Virus record (IMG/VR): IMGVR_UViG_3300023371_000434
DNA: 21,838 nucleotides
Source: a virus
Strand: one strand, 5' to 3'
The translations under genes and the position numbers were made by a program. Under the pieces are notes generated by a model. The model was not told the DNA's origin. It did not search any database and saw only the letters and a list, made by a program, of their open reading frames with translations. Every line of letters begins with the position of its first letter. The first letter of the stretch is position 1. Below are positions 20,601-21,838 of the stretch, one piece after another.

Positions 20601-21655
20601 TGGCAGGAACAATAAGAAAAAGAGGTAAAAATAGTTATTATCTTGAATATATGTGCGAAGGAGAAAGATATTCTCAAACAATTAAAGCTGATTCTAAAAC
20701 TGAAGCTAATAAAAAACTAGCTCAATTCATATCCGAAGTCGAAAAAGGGACTTATCTTTCTTCAAATTTATCTTTTACTGAATTAGCTCAAATGTTTTTA
20801 GATAAATACGCAAAGAATAATTTGTCAGATACAACTGTAATCAACTATAAATATCAACTTAATAAACATATCCTTCCTGAGATAGGACATTATAAAATAA
20901 ATACTCTAAAAAAACTTCATATTCAAGATTTAGCTAATAAAGAATGTGAAGAATATAATTTAGCATCTAAAACCATAAAAAACGATATAAAGCTAATTTC
21001 AGCAATTTTAGAAAAAGGTATTGAGTGGGAATTATTACAATCTAATGTTGCTCATAAAGTTGCTATTCCTAATAATAAGAATAAGCCCAAAAAAGAACAA
21101 GAAATTTATAATAATGAAGAAATAAAGTTATTATTTGATGTTTTAGATAAAACAGAAGACCCATTTAAAACTATGGTGTACGTGTCTTTTTATACTGGTG
21201 CTCGACGTGGCGAAGTATTAGCTTTACGTTGGAAAGATATAGATTTTAATAACAATATTATTCATATACAACAAAATAAAGTTAGAACTGTCAACGGAAC
21301 AACATTTAAAGAGACTAAAAATAAACGTACAAGAGAATTTGTTGCTCCAGAAATATTGATGAAGAAATTAAAAGAATTTTACAGCAATCAAGATAAAGAT
21401 GATTTATTATTTAATATATACCCATCAACTTACAGCAGACAATGGACTAGCTTTGTAAAGAAAAACAATTTAAAATATATTACTTTACATGATTTAAGAC
21501 ATACAAATGGAAGTCTATTAGCATCTAAAGGAGTAGATATAGTAACAATAGCTAAAAGACTTGGTCATCTTCCTGCAACTGCTTCTGCTTATTATTTACA
21601 TGCAATATCTGAAGAAGATAAAAAAGCCAGTCAAAAACTTGACGATTTATTTTAA
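20600..21655 (+). CDS. int: Tyrosine recombinase / phage integrase
   Basis: 351 aa; TGARRGEVLALRWKDID, ITLHDLRHTNGSLLASKG, RLGHLPATASAYYLH. Confidence 0.97.
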   Translation: MAGTIRKRGKNSYYLEYMCEGERYSQTIKADSKTEANKKLAQFISEVEKGTYLSSNLSFTELAQMFLDKYAKNNLSDTTVINYKYQLNKHILPEIGHYKINTLKKLHIQDLANKECEEYNLASKTIKNDIKLISAILEKGIEWELLQSNVAHKVAIPNNKNKPKKEQEIYNNEEIKLLFDVLDKTEDPFKTMVYVSFYTGARRGEVLALRWKDIDFNNNIIHIQQNKVRTVNGTTFKETKNKRTREFVAPEILMKKLKEFYSNQDKDDLLFNIYPSTYSRQWTSFVKKNNLKYITLHDLRHTNGSLLASKGVDIVTIAKRLGHLPATASAYYLHAISEEDKKASQKLDDLF

Positions 21656-21670
21656 TTTTTTTTACCCTTA

Positions 21671-21692
21671 ATTACGTCAAAATTACGTCAAA
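21671..21692. repeat. 11-bp tandem repeat ATTACGTCAAA x2
   Basis: 21671-21681 and 21682-21692, just downstream of int. Confidence 0.85.
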
Positions 21693-21703
21693 ACGCAAAA
21701 ATA

Positions 21704-21735
21704 GGATACAGTGTAAACGCTGTATCCCTTTATTT
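21704..21735 (+). terminator. Rho-independent terminator after int
   Basis: GGATACAG (21704-21711) / CTGTATCC (21720-21727) then CTTTTATTTTC-like T-rich tract. Confidence 0.85.
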
Positions 21736-21738
21736 TCA

Positions 21739-21813
<75 letters not shown>

Positions 21814-21838
21814 AAATTACTTATATATTTTAACATGT

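Overview
This window is most of a low-GC siphovirus-type prophage, cut at the left edge and ending on the right at an integrase next to a tRNA-Gly gene. On the minus strand, from the left, are the head-closure, connector, HK97-like capsid, ClpP-type protease, portal, large and small terminase and HNH genes. These are followed by small accessory genes, an ArpU-like regulator, and a replication/recombination module (primase-helicase, DUF669-like protein, Sak4/AAA ATPase, PD-(D/E)XK nuclease, VRR-NUC, SNF2 helicase). The repressor and integrase are on the plus strand. The main finding is a recurring recoding signature. Nine frame breaks in seven otherwise well-conserved early genes all have the same form: an in-frame CGG codon followed by A or G (quadruplet CGGA x7, CGGG x2). 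Skipping one base, i.e. reading CGGR as one Gly, restores the conserved protein each time (e.g. [45 protein letters not shown]). By eye I found no in-frame CGG in any intact gene, while roughly 30 out-of-phase CGG triplets do no harm. The tRNA-Gly at the integration site has the anticodon loop CUUCCGA. Its UCC anticodon followed by G37 gives 5'-UCCG-3', the exact complement of 5'-CGGA-3', with U34 wobble covering CGGG. I propose a natural +1 frameshift / quadruplet-decoding system (CGGR = Gly) linked to a prophage that integrates at the candidate decoding tRNA. The main competing explanation is systematic sequence error, which is directly testable.
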